Below are positions 10,089 to 20,163 of a DNA stretch of 64,000 bases, one piece after another. A program made the position numbers and the translations under genes. Source of the stretch: Candidatus Woesebacteria bacterium (lineage in GTDB: Bacteria > Patescibacteriota > Microgenomatia > UBA1400 > MFAQ01). The notes under the pieces are model-generated. The model ran no database searches and was not told the origin of the DNA. It saw nothing but the letters and a program-made list of their open reading frames with translations. The stretch's first letter is position 1; each line of letters begins with the position of its first letter. The stretch spans positions 331,825-395,824 of the forward strand of contig DAOORK010000001.1 of the NCBI GenBank assembly GCA_035389185.1. Reading direction: 5' to 3'.

Positions 10089-11006
10089 TTACGACGACAG
10101 TTTACGTTTAATTTTGAGTAGGAAACGCTTGGTTTTTTTTGATTCAGATTGAATAAGAACTGTCATAAACCAATAACGAAGTTCTCGATATTTCTCCATG
10201 AATAGTTTTTGCCAGATCGGAGTAAAAACACTCGCTTTCTTTGGTTCATGACCCTCAGCTTGCCAAACTTTGAGATAAATAAGCATAACGGAGAACATTT
10301 GTAAGAAAGCAAGAACAAGTCCATGAAGACCATCCTTGTAGCCTTCTCCAGCAAAGAAACGGCTGATAAACTCACTGATTGGTTTGCCAATAATGTCTTT
10401 GGCGTCGAATTTGTAGCCAGAGTCAACAAGCTCTTTGGCTTGCTGGGTGGAGTAGCGAAGAGCTCTTTCAAAATACTCATCGATTGAGTTGTAATGATGA
10501 TGTTCAAGAGCATACTCTTCCTCCGGATCAAGGTTAATTCCGGTACCGGTGGTAATAGGAATTGAATGAATCTCGTTTTGCCATTCAACAGAGTCTTTTT
10601 TGAAAAAACGGATATTGTAATCTGGCCACCAACGTGAGTGTTGGATCCATTGGCCAAAGATAAGATTTTTTCTGGGAATCCTGACAAAGTCAACTGCTTC
10701 TTTTTGGGCGATCTCGATTAGTTTGGCGGCAAGTGATCTAGGAACTCGTTCGTCGGCATCAACAATAAGAACCCATTTCCCCACGGCTTTACTGATGGCG
10801 AAGTTTCTTGCCGGCTCAACATATCCGATCATCTTATGATCAAAGACTTTGTCGGTAAATCTCTTGGCAATTTCCTTGGTGGCATCCGAAGATTCCATAT
10901 CCACAACAATGATCTCGTCAGCAAAAGCAAGAGCTTTGAGACAGTCGGCGATGTTTCTGCTTTCGTTTCTGGTGTTAACAATAGCTGAAATATTTATCTT
11001 GGACAT
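10089..11006 (-). CDS. GT2 family glycosyltransferase
   Basis: 305 aa with ISAIVNTRNESRNIADCL...IIVVDMESSDAT...LIVDADERVP GT2 motifs. Confidence 0.75.
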   Translation of the reverse strand: MSKINISAIVNTRNESRNIADCLKALAFADEIIVVDMESSDATKEIAKRFTDKVFDHKMIGYVEPARNFAISKAVGKWVLIVDADERVPRSLAAKLIEIAQKEAVDFVRIPRKNLIFGQWIQHSRWWPDYNIRFFKKDSVEWQNEIHSIPITTGTGINLDPEEEYALEHHHYNSIDEYFERALRYSTQQAKELVDSGYKFDAKDIIGKPISEFISRFFAGEGYKDGLHGLVLAFLQMFSVMLIYLKVWQAEGHEPKKASVFTPIWQKLFMEKYRELRYWFMTVLIQSESKKTKRFLLKIKRKLSS

Positions 11007-14000
11007 TATTTTTTTTGATAAACCTTAATTTCTCCCGAGTCGTAGATTTTGGTTAGAGATAAATCGTATGGATTAAGGGTAATTTTTTGTAAAGGTGTCT
11101 CGTAAACATATTTTATGTTATTTTTCTGCAAAAAGTTGTTGGCCCAGACTTTATCTTTGGTGTTGTAAAAACGTTGAATGTCTCTTATTCTCGATTGGTA
11201 CTGGAAACCGGTAATATCCAGGTTGATCGTGTCAGAAAGAAATTCAGGCTGGCCAGAAAGGGCGGAGATATATGCTGAGGAAACATAGGCATACAGAGGT
11301 TTGGGACCAGCAACCCAGTCAGCCTTAACATAAATTGGCGAAAGCACTACCCCTTTTTCTTTTGATTTGAGAGTATCTAAAGCTTTCATTTCCGGATAAC
11401 TGACTCGAGAGGGTGAGGTGTTTCCGAGATAGTCTTTTAGGGTACCGATTGACGTAAAGGTTGCTACTAGAAGAAACAGTGTTATCACAAAGACGGCGAT
11501 TGTTTTTGTTCGGAAACGAGAAAGGAGTCGAGATAGATACTCGGCAGTGAATAATCCCAGGAAAAATAGAGAATAATACATGAACTGTATCGTATTCCAA
11601 GGATTAATTTTTTGAGTGATAAATAGAGGCAAAACAATTCCCAATACGATGATTACAGAAACGATCTTTCGAGAGATGTCTGTGTTTTTGTCTTTGGCGA
11701 TGGAGAAAAAACCAAAAATCCGCATACCTAAGTTTCCAACAAGGAAGGCCAAGACAGAGAAAAGGTTTACTGCAAATAACTTAAGAAAATTCCCAGATGC
11801 CTCATAAGCTTGCCAAGCCTCAACAAACTTTGGCCAGTAAAAACGATCATATGAGGCGAAGAGACTACGAGGAAACCAAAGAGGATCGAAGATAAAAGGC
11901 GAACCTGAGAAGGAGGATAGAGGTAGTGTAATTAAAGCTCCGATAATGCCAACCACAATCAAGATCGAGAGACGTCTGGTAAACAAGAGGGCAAGACAAA
12001 GAAGAACAAAGGCATAGATTTTTGTTTGAGCAAGCAAACCACCCAAAAGAGCGAGTTTAATAAATTGAAGTGCTTTTATTTTCCCTTCTGAAGGAAGATT
12101 AAGTAAAAATAATAAGAGAAAAATAAGCGAAAGAGCATAAGGTGGATTAAGAAAAATTGAGGCAGATTGGTTGGCCCAGAAAGATGATTCTCCTGAGAAA
12201 ACATTTTGGCTGGTCAGTAGTTTGGGTATGAAGCCAAAAGAGCCGGCAAAGAAGACAAGAAGAAAGCCAAAAATCTTGGTGGTTTTTGAATAGTGCCATT
12301 TTTCCATTAAACGGTCTAAGAGGAAAACGAGGGCAAAGCAAAACAAAATGGGTAAAAAACGAAAATAAAGGGTGCTCGCCGGAATATTAAAGAACCATGA
12401 TAAAAGACCGGAAAAATAATCAAAAACAAAGTGATAGTTGGTCAATTTTTCACCGGCATACTGAGGATGAGAAAGGTCTAGCGGATTTTGAGAAAACTTT
12501 TCAATTAGTGAAAGATGAAAAATAGCATCATGGCCGTTGGGTCCAAAATACCCTTGACCAAAGGAAAAATTGAGACCATTACGAAATACAGTCAAACAAA
12601 CAATAAAGGCACAGAGAAAACCGAATAAAAGAGTTGAGGGTATTTTTGGTTTGCCTTTCTTGATAATTTTTTTGATAAGTAGAACCAGAAAAAAGAATAT
12701 TACAACCCAGAATAACCAAGAGTACTGAGCATAGTCTTTAAGTGGCGTGTGGGGACTTGCCTGCCAAGTAGTTTCTTGTTTATTGTTTAGTATTTTTATA
12801 TCAGCGGATTCAATGACAGGAGCCACGATATTGACGAATTTGATCGAGTCCGGTAGAAGATATATTTTTTGATTACCATTTTCCAGAGTTATTTGCCAGA
12901 GATCCCATTGTTTGTCATAGGTAGTTTTGAATTGAGAAAGATCAATATTGAGAGTAAGTTCCGATCCTGGTGTTTTGACCGAATCAATAATGGCTGGTAT
13001 TTCGGAATAAAGATCGGTTGTTTGATTGGGAACAGCAAAATAATCTTCATATATTTCCCGATTGTAGACGCGGAAATCAATTATCTGGGTTTGACCGTTA
13101 GCGGTCTTTAAGCCAATACGATAGCGATAACTTTGGTACCAGAACACCTCACCATTTTCCCTATTGGTGGAGTCTAGGGTTCGATAAAAGTATGTGGGGC
13201 TACTTTCCGGATAATAAGCTTTTACGATGTTCCCCAGCTCGGCTAAACTGACATACTCAAGATTATATTTTTCTCTATTTTTTTCCAGTAAACGATAAGT
13301 GCTGCTAATCTCTTTTTGATACAAATCAAGGCTGTAGTCATTTTCTAATCCCAGATTGATATGAGAAAGTTCATTGAATCCTTTCTGGGTATATTGAGCC
13401 AACAATTTTTCAAAATAGGTTGTATCAAGACCATAAGATAGATAATCATTAACCTGAACAGAGTAAGAAAATGCACCGGCTGTTCCGTAAAAGTTATAAA
13501 GGTCTCTTTGGGCCCATCGAACCATAATTAGGTTAATACGATTCTTAGCACTAGCGGCAGGGATCAATGAGTTATTTTTGTCCGGATAATAAGGACTGCC
13601 TACATAGCCTCCCCAAATGCGATAGTGATCGGTGCTGTATTGGTCATCGCAGTTCATAGCAGTAAGAATTGAGTATCTCGTTTGAAGATACTGAAGGGAA
13701 TAGCTATCAAGATCCCAAGCAGATACAGCAGTCGGATAAAAACCAAAACGATCAAAGAAAGCCTTCATATAAGTATCAATTAGTTTCAAACGATCTTTTT
13801 GGGAATAGCCGGATAAGAAAATACGATTGGGATTGGACATGTATGTTCCAGGTGGATAAACAACACCTGCTTGGGCGGTGAGGGATGGTGTGATTTCCAG
13901 AAAAGCTCCGAGAGATTGATTCTTGTCAGTTTCAAAGAGATCAGCGAAATAGGCTGAGATAGTAGCACTCGAAACTGCATCGAAACGGAGAAGCCAGGTA

Positions 14001-14200
14001 ACGGGATAAGCCGAATGAGTGGACTCTTGATACTGGAATCTAGGTAGATCCAGGGGTGTTTGATTTGGCTCTGACCAACCTTCATAACCTCTCACCGGAT
14101 TGGAAATAGTGACGAAGGCATTCTTTCCGAAAGCTAGTGTTGATTGAGGAAACAACAAAAGGATTAAGGGGACAAGTAGAGGAAGAAGTTTCTTAAACAT
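11006..14200 (-). CDS. Large fused envelope protein: signal peptide, ~500-aa extracytoplasmic domain, ~14-TM core and C-terminal domain (putative GT-C-like glycosyltransferase or polysaccharide polymerase)
   Basis: The ORF of up to 1096 aa probably starts at the internal Met (MFKKLLPLLVPLILLLFPQSTLAFG), which gives a classic signal peptide and avoids a 104-nt overlap with the flippase gene. The central region is very hydrophobic. A soluble C-terminal tail follows. Confidence 0.45.
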   Translation of the reverse strand: MFKKLLPLLVPLILLLFPQSTLAFGKNAFVTISNPVRGYEGWSEPNQTPLDLPRFQYQESTHSAYPVTWLLRFDAVSSATISAYFADLFETDKNQSLGAFLEITPSLTAQAGVVYPPGTYMSNPNRIFLSGYSQKDRLKLIDTYMKAFFDRFGFYPTAVSAWDLDSYSLQYLQTRYSILTAMNCDDQYSTDHYRIWGGYVGSPYYPDKNNSLIPAASAKNRINLIMVRWAQRDLYNFYGTAGAFSYSVQVNDYLSYGLDTTYFEKLLAQYTQKGFNELSHINLGLENDYSLDLYQKEISSTYRLLEKNREKYNLEYVSLAELGNIVKAYYPESSPTYFYRTLDSTNRENGEVFWYQSYRYRIGLKTANGQTQIIDFRVYNREIYEDYFAVPNQTTDLYSEIPAIIDSVKTPGSELTLNIDLSQFKTTYDKQWDLWQITLENGNQKIYLLPDSIKFVNIVAPVIESADIKILNNKQETTWQASPHTPLKDYAQYSWLFWVVIFFFLVLLIKKIIKKGKPKIPSTLLFGFLCAFIVCLTVFRNGLNFSFGQGYFGPNGHDAIFHLSLIEKFSQNPLDLSHPQYAGEKLTNYHFVFDYFSGLLSWFFNIPASTLYFRFLPILFCFALVFLLDRLMEKWHYSKTTKIFGFLLVFFAGSFGFIPKLLTSQNVFSGESSFWANQSASIFLNPPYALSLIFLLLFLLNLPSEGKIKALQFIKLALLGGLLAQTKIYAFVLLCLALLFTRRLSILIVVGIIGALITLPLSSFSGSPFIFDPLWFPRSLFASYDRFYWPKFVEAWQAYEASGNFLKLFAVNLFSVLAFLVGNLGMRIFGFFSIAKDKNTDISRKIVSVIIVLGIVLPLFITQKINPWNTIQFMYYSLFFLGLFTAEYLSRLLSRFRTKTIAVFVITLFLLVATFTSIGTLKDYLGNTSPSRVSYPEMKALDTLKSKEKGVVLSPIYVKADWVAGPKPLYAYVSSAYISALSGQPEFLSDTINLDITGFQYQSRIRDIQRFYNTKDKVWANNFLQKNNIKYVYETPLQKITLNPYDLSLTKIYDSGEIKVYQKK

Positions 14201-15677
14201 GTTTAATTTTAAAGTAGTTGATGGTGTTGGTGATAAAGGTAATGCCTTCAACAAGAATAATGGTACCAAAATAAATGGCCGCGGCAAAAACACCAATTAA
14301 GGTTAAACGTAAAACTGAGGTGCCATAGTGAGAAAGAATAGCCAGAAAACCACTCATAACTAGGGTTCCCAGTAAAGGCGTCTTGAGGATGCGCCAGAGA
14401 TTAAATTGAACATATTTACGAGCCATGAAGATTGTGACTATCGAAGATGTGGCAATAATGGCAACGGCGTAAGCAACACCTATGTAACCGTATTTAAGTG
14501 AGAGGAAGGGCATGGTAATCCAAGTCAAACCGGTCCACATGAGCATTAGTTTGAAAGTTGACTTGATGTGACCAGTGGCATTTAAGAGGTTGGTGAGACT
14601 GGTAGAAATACTGGCCCAGGCGGAGTTGTAGAGATAAATATATAAAGGAATAAGAGCGGGTAACCATTTGGTGTATTTGGGAATAATATCAACAAGAGGC
14701 GCGGCAAAGAAACCGAGACCGGCAAGAATTGGAAAAATAGCCAGACACATATATTTGAGACTAACTTCAACGGCACGAGCTAATTTTTCTTTATCATGCT
14801 GTAAACGAGCAAAGGTGGGAAAGGATACTTTGGTGAGGTTGTCCATGACAATTCTAAGTGGCAGGCCTGCCCACTTGCTGGCCCAACCAATATATCCTAG
14901 GCCGGTTGTGCCGATGATCTTGGTGAGAATAATGGTCATGCCATCATCTTTGAGAACTGACAGAAAAGTGTTTGCCTGATAAGGAACTCCAAACCTAAGT
15001 AATGATTTAAGAGACTGACGGTAAATACCAATGATTGGTTTCCAGGGATAAACAAGGTACATGGCGATTAGGCCAACGACTCCTCGACCCAGTACGGCGT
15101 AAGTAAAAGCGTTGATACCATATCCCTTCCAGGCGAAAAATACAGCAACAAAGTTGAAAACAAGAGTTTCAAGAATTTGAGGCAAAATTAATTTGTTGAA
15201 CTTAATCTCTCTTTCAAGCATGATAGAAGGAATGGTTTTGAGGGAACTTAAAAAGAGCGATATGCCCATGGCATAGAGTAGATATAGACCACTCTGATCC
15301 ATGTGGTAAGTAGTCTTAATAAAAGGACTGACGATAAATAAAACGAGTAAAAGCGACAAAACTAGAATCTGCTGAATTGAAAAAGTGGTAGCGAGATCCT
15401 CTTTGGTAATATTTTCTTTTTTTTGGATAAGAGCGGCGGCAAGACCAACATCAGAAAAGTAACCAAGAAAGTTAACTACGGAACTAACAAGATAATAAAC
15501 ACCATAGATATTGGGGTCGAGAAAAATTGTTAGAGCAAGGGTGGCAATAAAAGAAATAATTTGAATCACAAAAGTGCGAGAAATTAAGGCCAACACTCCC
15601 GATATTGAACGGCGTTTGACTTCTTGATACTCAAGTATTTCCTGATTGTCAGGGATGTCGTCGAGCATAAAGTGCAA
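14193..15677 (-). CDS. Oligosaccharide/polysaccharide flippase (Wzx-like, MOP superfamily)
   Basis: 494 aa with about 12-14 TM helices and the architecture and size of polysaccharide biosynthesis flippase family proteins. Confidence 0.65.
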   Translation of the reverse strand: MHFMLDDIPDNQEILEYQEVKRRSISGVLALISRTFVIQIISFIATLALTIFLDPNIYGVYYLVSSVVNFLGYFSDVGLAAALIQKKENITKEDLATTFSIQQILVLSLLLVLFIVSPFIKTTYHMDQSGLYLLYAMGISLFLSSLKTIPSIMLEREIKFNKLILPQILETLVFNFVAVFFAWKGYGINAFTYAVLGRGVVGLIAMYLVYPWKPIIGIYRQSLKSLLRFGVPYQANTFLSVLKDDGMTIILTKIIGTTGLGYIGWASKWAGLPLRIVMDNLTKVSFPTFARLQHDKEKLARAVEVSLKYMCLAIFPILAGLGFFAAPLVDIIPKYTKWLPALIPLYIYLYNSAWASISTSLTNLLNATGHIKSTFKLMLMWTGLTWITMPFLSLKYGYIGVAYAVAIIATSSIVTIFMARKYVQFNLWRILKTPLLGTLVMSGFLAILSHYGTSVLRLTLIGVFAAAIYFGTIILVEGITFITNTINYFKIKHV

Positions 15678-17361
15678 GTCTTAATAATATGAAGATGGAG
15701 CTAAGGGTAAGTAAATCAGAAAAAAGGCGAATGGGAGTGTAACCTATTTTAGCGTAAAGGGAGTGAGTCCCCTGAGGTACGGTAATGATAACCCGACCCA
15801 GGTCCGGATCGTAGGCAGAAGTCACTTTGTGCCCATCCATCTTAGTTACGAGTCCTGGAAAAGAGAAAAGCGGCAACATAATTTTGGCCGAAGAAGAAGA
15901 TACTTTGGCATCCAGTTTCATCCAGTTGGTACCAGAAACAAAGTTTTCTATACCCCCATAACCTTCAATATATTGAGGAATGGTGAAGGCCGGGTCCCCT
16001 GGAGGTGCAGCGGCGGTACGAGGTAAATAATCAAAAATTCCACTGGTAACTTGAAGTTCCCATTGACGCCCGGCCATTTTTTCGGCGAGAGAGACTCTTG
16101 TATGTCTCTCAACATGAAAGAAGGTTATATTGGTGAGAATAATACCCAGTGAGGCGATGACAAATAATAGAGGTTTTACTATTTTTGGAAGACGAAGCTT
16201 GGTAATATAACCAGCGGCTAAGGAGAAGTAAAAAACAATCAAGGCAACTAATCTCCAGGGAAATTGGGCATATTGTAATAAGGAGAGATGATCCCAGATA
16301 AAGAAAGAGCGACTATGAGTGAGAAAAGCATAAACAAAACCAAGGGCTGTGGCCATAAGAACCATCAGGGAGACTGTCTTGTCTTTTTTGAAACGAAAAA
16401 GAGCTATCAACGAAGCAATAAGGACAGCCGCAAGCTGTATTTGACCGACAGAAAAAGACATACCATCTTCGGGACCATAAGTTGAACCGCCATACCCCCA
16501 GAACCGAGAGAAAAAAAGCTGATTAATATCGGCATAGTGGGCCATAAAGTTGAAGTATCCGGAAATCATGGAATCGACATGGACATATTTTTGTTCGAGA
16601 ACTTCGGGAATAAAGAAAAAAGCAGATAAGCCAACTCCCAGAAGGCCAGAAAGAATGATCGGCTTTATCGTCGAGTATTTTTTTGTCCGCCATATCCAGA
16701 AAATTGCCCAAAGTAGAGCACTAGGTGCAAAAACCATGGTCATAACATTGTGAGACGTTAGCTGACCGGCAAGACAGACAGCAAAGAGAAGGAAATTTTT
16801 CCAAGAGAATTTTTTGACGATAAGGTTGTAAAGAAAAAGGAGTACAAAAGGAAACCAAACCATCCCCCAGGCTTCGTTTTGGGCTCCTCGGACATAGACA
16901 TCAACTGAGTGATATGGGGCATAAACATACAAAAGAGACGAAATAATACCTCCCCACTTGCCAAAAAATTCTTTGGCAAGGAGATACATTCCCCAACCAG
17001 ACATAAGAATAGAAAGAACAAACATAATTTTTACCGGCCAAAAGTAGCCAAGCCCCAGTAGAGTAAGCAGTTCCATAGGATAGTAAGGCATAGGAGGGTA
17101 AAACTGCATCAAAGGGTAACCATAACCATATCCCCCATCAGGAACCCAACGGCAGGGTATCTGACCGTCATGGATACACTTATCAAGTTCGTAGAGACGA
17201 AAAACCTGCATGTCATCATGCATCGTGAAGTAGCCAGGAGTGAGAAGGTCCTTAACAGCAGGTAGGAGAAGAATAAATAATAAAAGACCTACCCGATAAC
17301 GCCAGATTATTTTCCATAAGGAGGACAACTTGCCAGTAAAAGTAAACTTCATTGAGTTCAT
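15649..17361 (-). CDS. Polytopic membrane protein, putative GT-C-like glycosyltransferase (YfhO/PMT-like)
   Basis: 570 aa with an N-terminal TM helix, then an FTMHDDMQVF acidic loop, many TM helices and a C-terminal soluble domain. Confidence 0.4.
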   Translation of the reverse strand: MNSMKFTFTGKLSSLWKIIWRYRVGLLLFILLLPAVKDLLTPGYFTMHDDMQVFRLYELDKCIHDGQIPCRWVPDGGYGYGYPLMQFYPPMPYYPMELLTLLGLGYFWPVKIMFVLSILMSGWGMYLLAKEFFGKWGGIISSLLYVYAPYHSVDVYVRGAQNEAWGMVWFPFVLLFLYNLIVKKFSWKNFLLFAVCLAGQLTSHNVMTMVFAPSALLWAIFWIWRTKKYSTIKPIILSGLLGVGLSAFFFIPEVLEQKYVHVDSMISGYFNFMAHYADINQLFFSRFWGYGGSTYGPEDGMSFSVGQIQLAAVLIASLIALFRFKKDKTVSLMVLMATALGFVYAFLTHSRSFFIWDHLSLLQYAQFPWRLVALIVFYFSLAAGYITKLRLPKIVKPLLFVIASLGIILTNITFFHVERHTRVSLAEKMAGRQWELQVTSGIFDYLPRTAAAPPGDPAFTIPQYIEGYGGIENFVSGTNWMKLDAKVSSSSAKIMLPLFSFPGLVTKMDGHKVTSAYDPDLGRVIITVPQGTHSLYAKIGYTPIRLFSDLLTLSSIFILLRLALYARRHP

Positions 17362-18875
17362 TATAAAGAGTTTGGCAGGTAGAGGTAAAGTTGAAGTACC
17401 TCCTGAGAACCATCGGTGCGTGCTGGTTTGGGATATTCTTTAACAAGTTGTAAAGCATCCAAAGCTCCAGCGTTAAGATGATTCCGAGATTTATTGACAA
17501 TTAAAAAGCGTTCGTTTTCCGGAGAAGTATTGGCTAGGCCTTCAGGAATGGACCCAACGTAGGGACTTGAACCAACAACGGTGATGTTTTTGTGTCCGTT
17601 GGTGTAAATCTGAATACCGTCGGGAAGAGAACCAAAAAATCCTTCAGTAAAAGCAACTACCTTTTTACCTTGGCTTTCGAGATCGAGGAAATAGATGGCG
17701 ATTTCTTTCTGGCCCCAACCGGCAGTCCATTCTTCGAGATAACCGTTGCGCATGTCGAACGAAAGAGGGGCCCTTTCGGGATTAAATACACAAAAATAAG
17801 AAATGATCACCGGGACGACTAAAAGAATTATTGGGGACAATTTGATAAGAATCCCCTTGCGGCTGATGAGCCAGGACAAACCAAGCCCACAAAGAGGAAT
17901 TAGAGGATAAACAGCAAATAGGGCATATCTGCTTGTATAAACTTTGGCAATGGCGGCTTGACCGATTAGAGGAATCAAGGCAACCAAACAAAGAAAAAGA
18001 CCGGGCAAACGAGTTTTTTTGGGGAAGAAACTGAGAATTATGGCAACTAGGATAGAAGGAGTAAAAAGCAGCCAAAGCCAGTTAGCAGTGGTCTTTAAGT
18101 TACCGATGAGAGGACTAAGGGGATGACCCAGAACCTCTTTCCAGGTGAACAGATAATCTTGATTACGGGCACCAATCATTTCGAAAGCGGGTCCTAAACG
18201 AAGAATGGCATACATTGCTTGAGAGATAATTATGGCGGCCAGAAGACCGAGGGTTAAACTACCAAGATCACGAAGTTTGAGTTGCTTGAAAGGTGTAAAG
18301 CACAAGATGGAGACAACCAACCAGACATAGAAAAAGATGGCTGGTGACTTGGTGAGCATTCCACCCCCAAGTGCAAATCCAAGTAGCATAGCGTAATCCA
18401 ACCGACGGGTTTTGGCAAAGAAAATGGAGAAAACGAGAGACCAGACTCCAAACATGGCCAGAAGAGAGTCGGCAAGGGCCATCCGATCAAAAAAGACAGT
18501 ATAAGGCAAGGCTGAGTAAACAAGAGCTGTCAAAGCGGCAACAAGAACGTTACCAAAAAGTAGAAAGGCCAGAAGGGCAATACCTACAAGTGATCCAAAG
18601 CCGGCAACAACAGAAACCAAACGTCCGGCAACCAATGGATCAGAACTTATCTTAAAGAAAGGAACTGTGGCCCACATAAAAAACGGCTGTTTGCCATCAG
18701 TTTGGGGAATAAAACGAAGATTTGGTTCATTTTTGATGATTTGAGACCAGCGAACATAAATTGCTTCATCGACAAAAACGGGAATTTTGTTGAGTTGGGA
18801 GAGACGAAAGAAAAAGAAAGCAAAGATGGCAAGAAGAAAAATAGCGATTGTCAGTAATTTCTTATTTTTGGTCAT
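17361..18875 (-). CDS. GT-C fold membrane glycosyltransferase (GT39/GT83, PMT/ArnT-like)
   Basis: 504 aa. The motif FFFRLSQLNKIPVFVDEAIYVRW holds the DE motif in the first extracytoplasmic loop. Multiple TM helices follow. Confidence 0.65.
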   Translation of the reverse strand: MTKNKKLLTIAIFLLAIFAFFFFRLSQLNKIPVFVDEAIYVRWSQIIKNEPNLRFIPQTDGKQPFFMWATVPFFKISSDPLVAGRLVSVVAGFGSLVGIALLAFLLFGNVLVAALTALVYSALPYTVFFDRMALADSLLAMFGVWSLVFSIFFAKTRRLDYAMLLGFALGGGMLTKSPAIFFYVWLVVSILCFTPFKQLKLRDLGSLTLGLLAAIIISQAMYAILRLGPAFEMIGARNQDYLFTWKEVLGHPLSPLIGNLKTTANWLWLLFTPSILVAIILSFFPKKTRLPGLFLCLVALIPLIGQAAIAKVYTSRYALFAVYPLIPLCGLGLSWLISRKGILIKLSPIILLVVPVIISYFCVFNPERAPLSFDMRNGYLEEWTAGWGQKEIAIYFLDLESQGKKVVAFTEGFFGSLPDGIQIYTNGHKNITVVGSSPYVGSIPEGLANTSPENERFLIVNKSRNHLNAGALDALQLVKEYPKPARTDGSQEVLQLYLYLPNSL

Positions 18876-19623
18876 ACAATCCTTTGATGTCGTTTAATTT
18901 TACCTGGAGGATCTGCTTTAACATGTCCGTTGATTCCTTGATGAAGCGTTTATTCTTGTTGGTGGAGATATCTTCATCTTTCCAGGAAACATCGACCTCT
19001 TTTAGCTTGTAGCCATATTTTTCAGCAAGGAAGAGCAGTTCAACATCAAAAGCGGAGACGGTCCAACCCTTTGATTCTTTTTCTTCCTTTAAAACGGACA
19101 GTTTGGGGAAAATTTCTTTGGCCACTTTGGTTTTGAAAGACTTAAAACCACATTGAGTATCAGTGACATCACGAAGAAGGAAAAAACCTCTAATAAAACG
19201 GAAGCCCCAGGAGGTCAACTGGCGGTACCAAGGGAAGTTTTTTCTGGCTCGGCCACGAGAACCAAAAACGACATCAAAGCCTTCATCAAACCAAGGAAGA
19301 AGTTTTTCGACCTCTTTTAGGGGTGTGGATTGATCCATGTCTGCAAAAAGAACAATGTCGCCTTTGGCGGCCTTAATACCAGCCCAGACAGCTTTAGCTT
19401 TCCCCCCATGAAGGTTGGGCAGAACACGAAATCCCGAGTGACTGCGAGCATATTTTTCGGCATCTTCTCGACTACCATCGGTGGAACCGTCATCGCTGAT
19501 AAGCACTTCCCAAGCGTAGTCGGTTTTGTGGAGATAATGATTAACCTGATCCAGAACTCCCCTATCTAGGTTTTCTTTTTCGTTGAAGTTGGGAATAACG
19601 ATTGATAGTTTTGGATTGGCCAT
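18862..19623 (-). CDS. Polyprenol-phosphate glycosyltransferase (GT2; Dpm1/GtrB/ArnC-like)
   Basis: 253 aa with LSIVIPNFNEKENL...LISDDGSTDGS...LFADMDQSTP, typical of dolichol/undecaprenol-phosphate mannose or glucose synthases. Confidence 0.75.
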   Translation of the reverse strand: MANPKLSIVIPNFNEKENLDRGVLDQVNHYLHKTDYAWEVLISDDGSTDGSREDAEKYARSHSGFRVLPNLHGGKAKAVWAGIKAAKGDIVLFADMDQSTPLKEVEKLLPWFDEGFDVVFGSRGRARKNFPWYRQLTSWGFRFIRGFFLLRDVTDTQCGFKSFKTKVAKEIFPKLSVLKEEKESKGWTVSAFDVELLFLAEKYGYKLKEVDVSWKDEDISTNKNKRFIKESTDMLKQILQVKLNDIKGLYDQK

Positions 19624-19626
19624 AGT

Positions 19627-20163
19627 TTATTTGAAGACGGTGTCTCTGTAATATTTTAACTCATCGATTGATTCCAAAATATCATCGTGAGCCCGATGAG
19701 GTTCAACTTTAGAAAAAGGTTTGTTGTGAGGATACCAACGACCAGCAAGCTCTTTAATGGTAGAGACGTCAATAATACGATAGTGAACAAAATCAGCCAG
19801 CTTGGGCATCTGAATCCTAAGGAATTCCCGATCGATGTGGATAGAGTTGCCGGCAAAAAGAGCCGTGTTTTTGGGACAGTGTTTTTTGAGAAAAGAAAGA
19901 GTTTTTTCTTCTGCTTCGTCTGTGGATATTTTTGATTCATGAATTTCATTGAGAAGACCCGACTCGGCAAAATGTTCCTGGCACCAATCGTTAATTTTGT
20001 TCATCACTGAAGCCGGATGATGAATAACGATGTCTGGACCTTCGGCAACAACGTTTAGTTCGGCGTCGGAAATAATAGTCGCAATTTCAACAATTTTATC
20101 TTTTTCTGGATCAAGACCGGTCATCTCTAGATCAAGCCAGATGAGTTTACCGTTGGTAATCAT
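19627..20163 (-). CDS. orn: Oligoribonuclease (3'-5' exoribonuclease, DEDDh family)
   Basis: LIWLDLEMTGLDPEKDKIVEIA...HRAHDDILESIDELKYYR matches the Orn N-terminus and the DEDDh catalytic motifs. The start was moved to the internal Met (MITNGKLIW), consistent with Orn N-termini and with the upstream gene's stop at 20160. Confidence 0.85.
   Translation of the reverse strand: MITNGKLIWLDLEMTGLDPEKDKIVEIATIISDAELNVVAEGPDIVIHHPASVMNKINDWCQEHFAESGLLNEIHESKISTDEAEEKTLSFLKKHCPKNTALFAGNSIHIDREFLRIQMPKLADFVHYRIIDVSTIKELAGRWYPHNKPFSKVEPHRAHDDILESIDELKYYRDTVFK

Noticed and set aside
10163-10693. 176-aa minus-strand ORF overlapping the GT2 gene 10089-11006
   Set aside because: It is an alternative frame of the same strand. 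The GT2 frame carries clear conserved motifs and the overlapping one does not.
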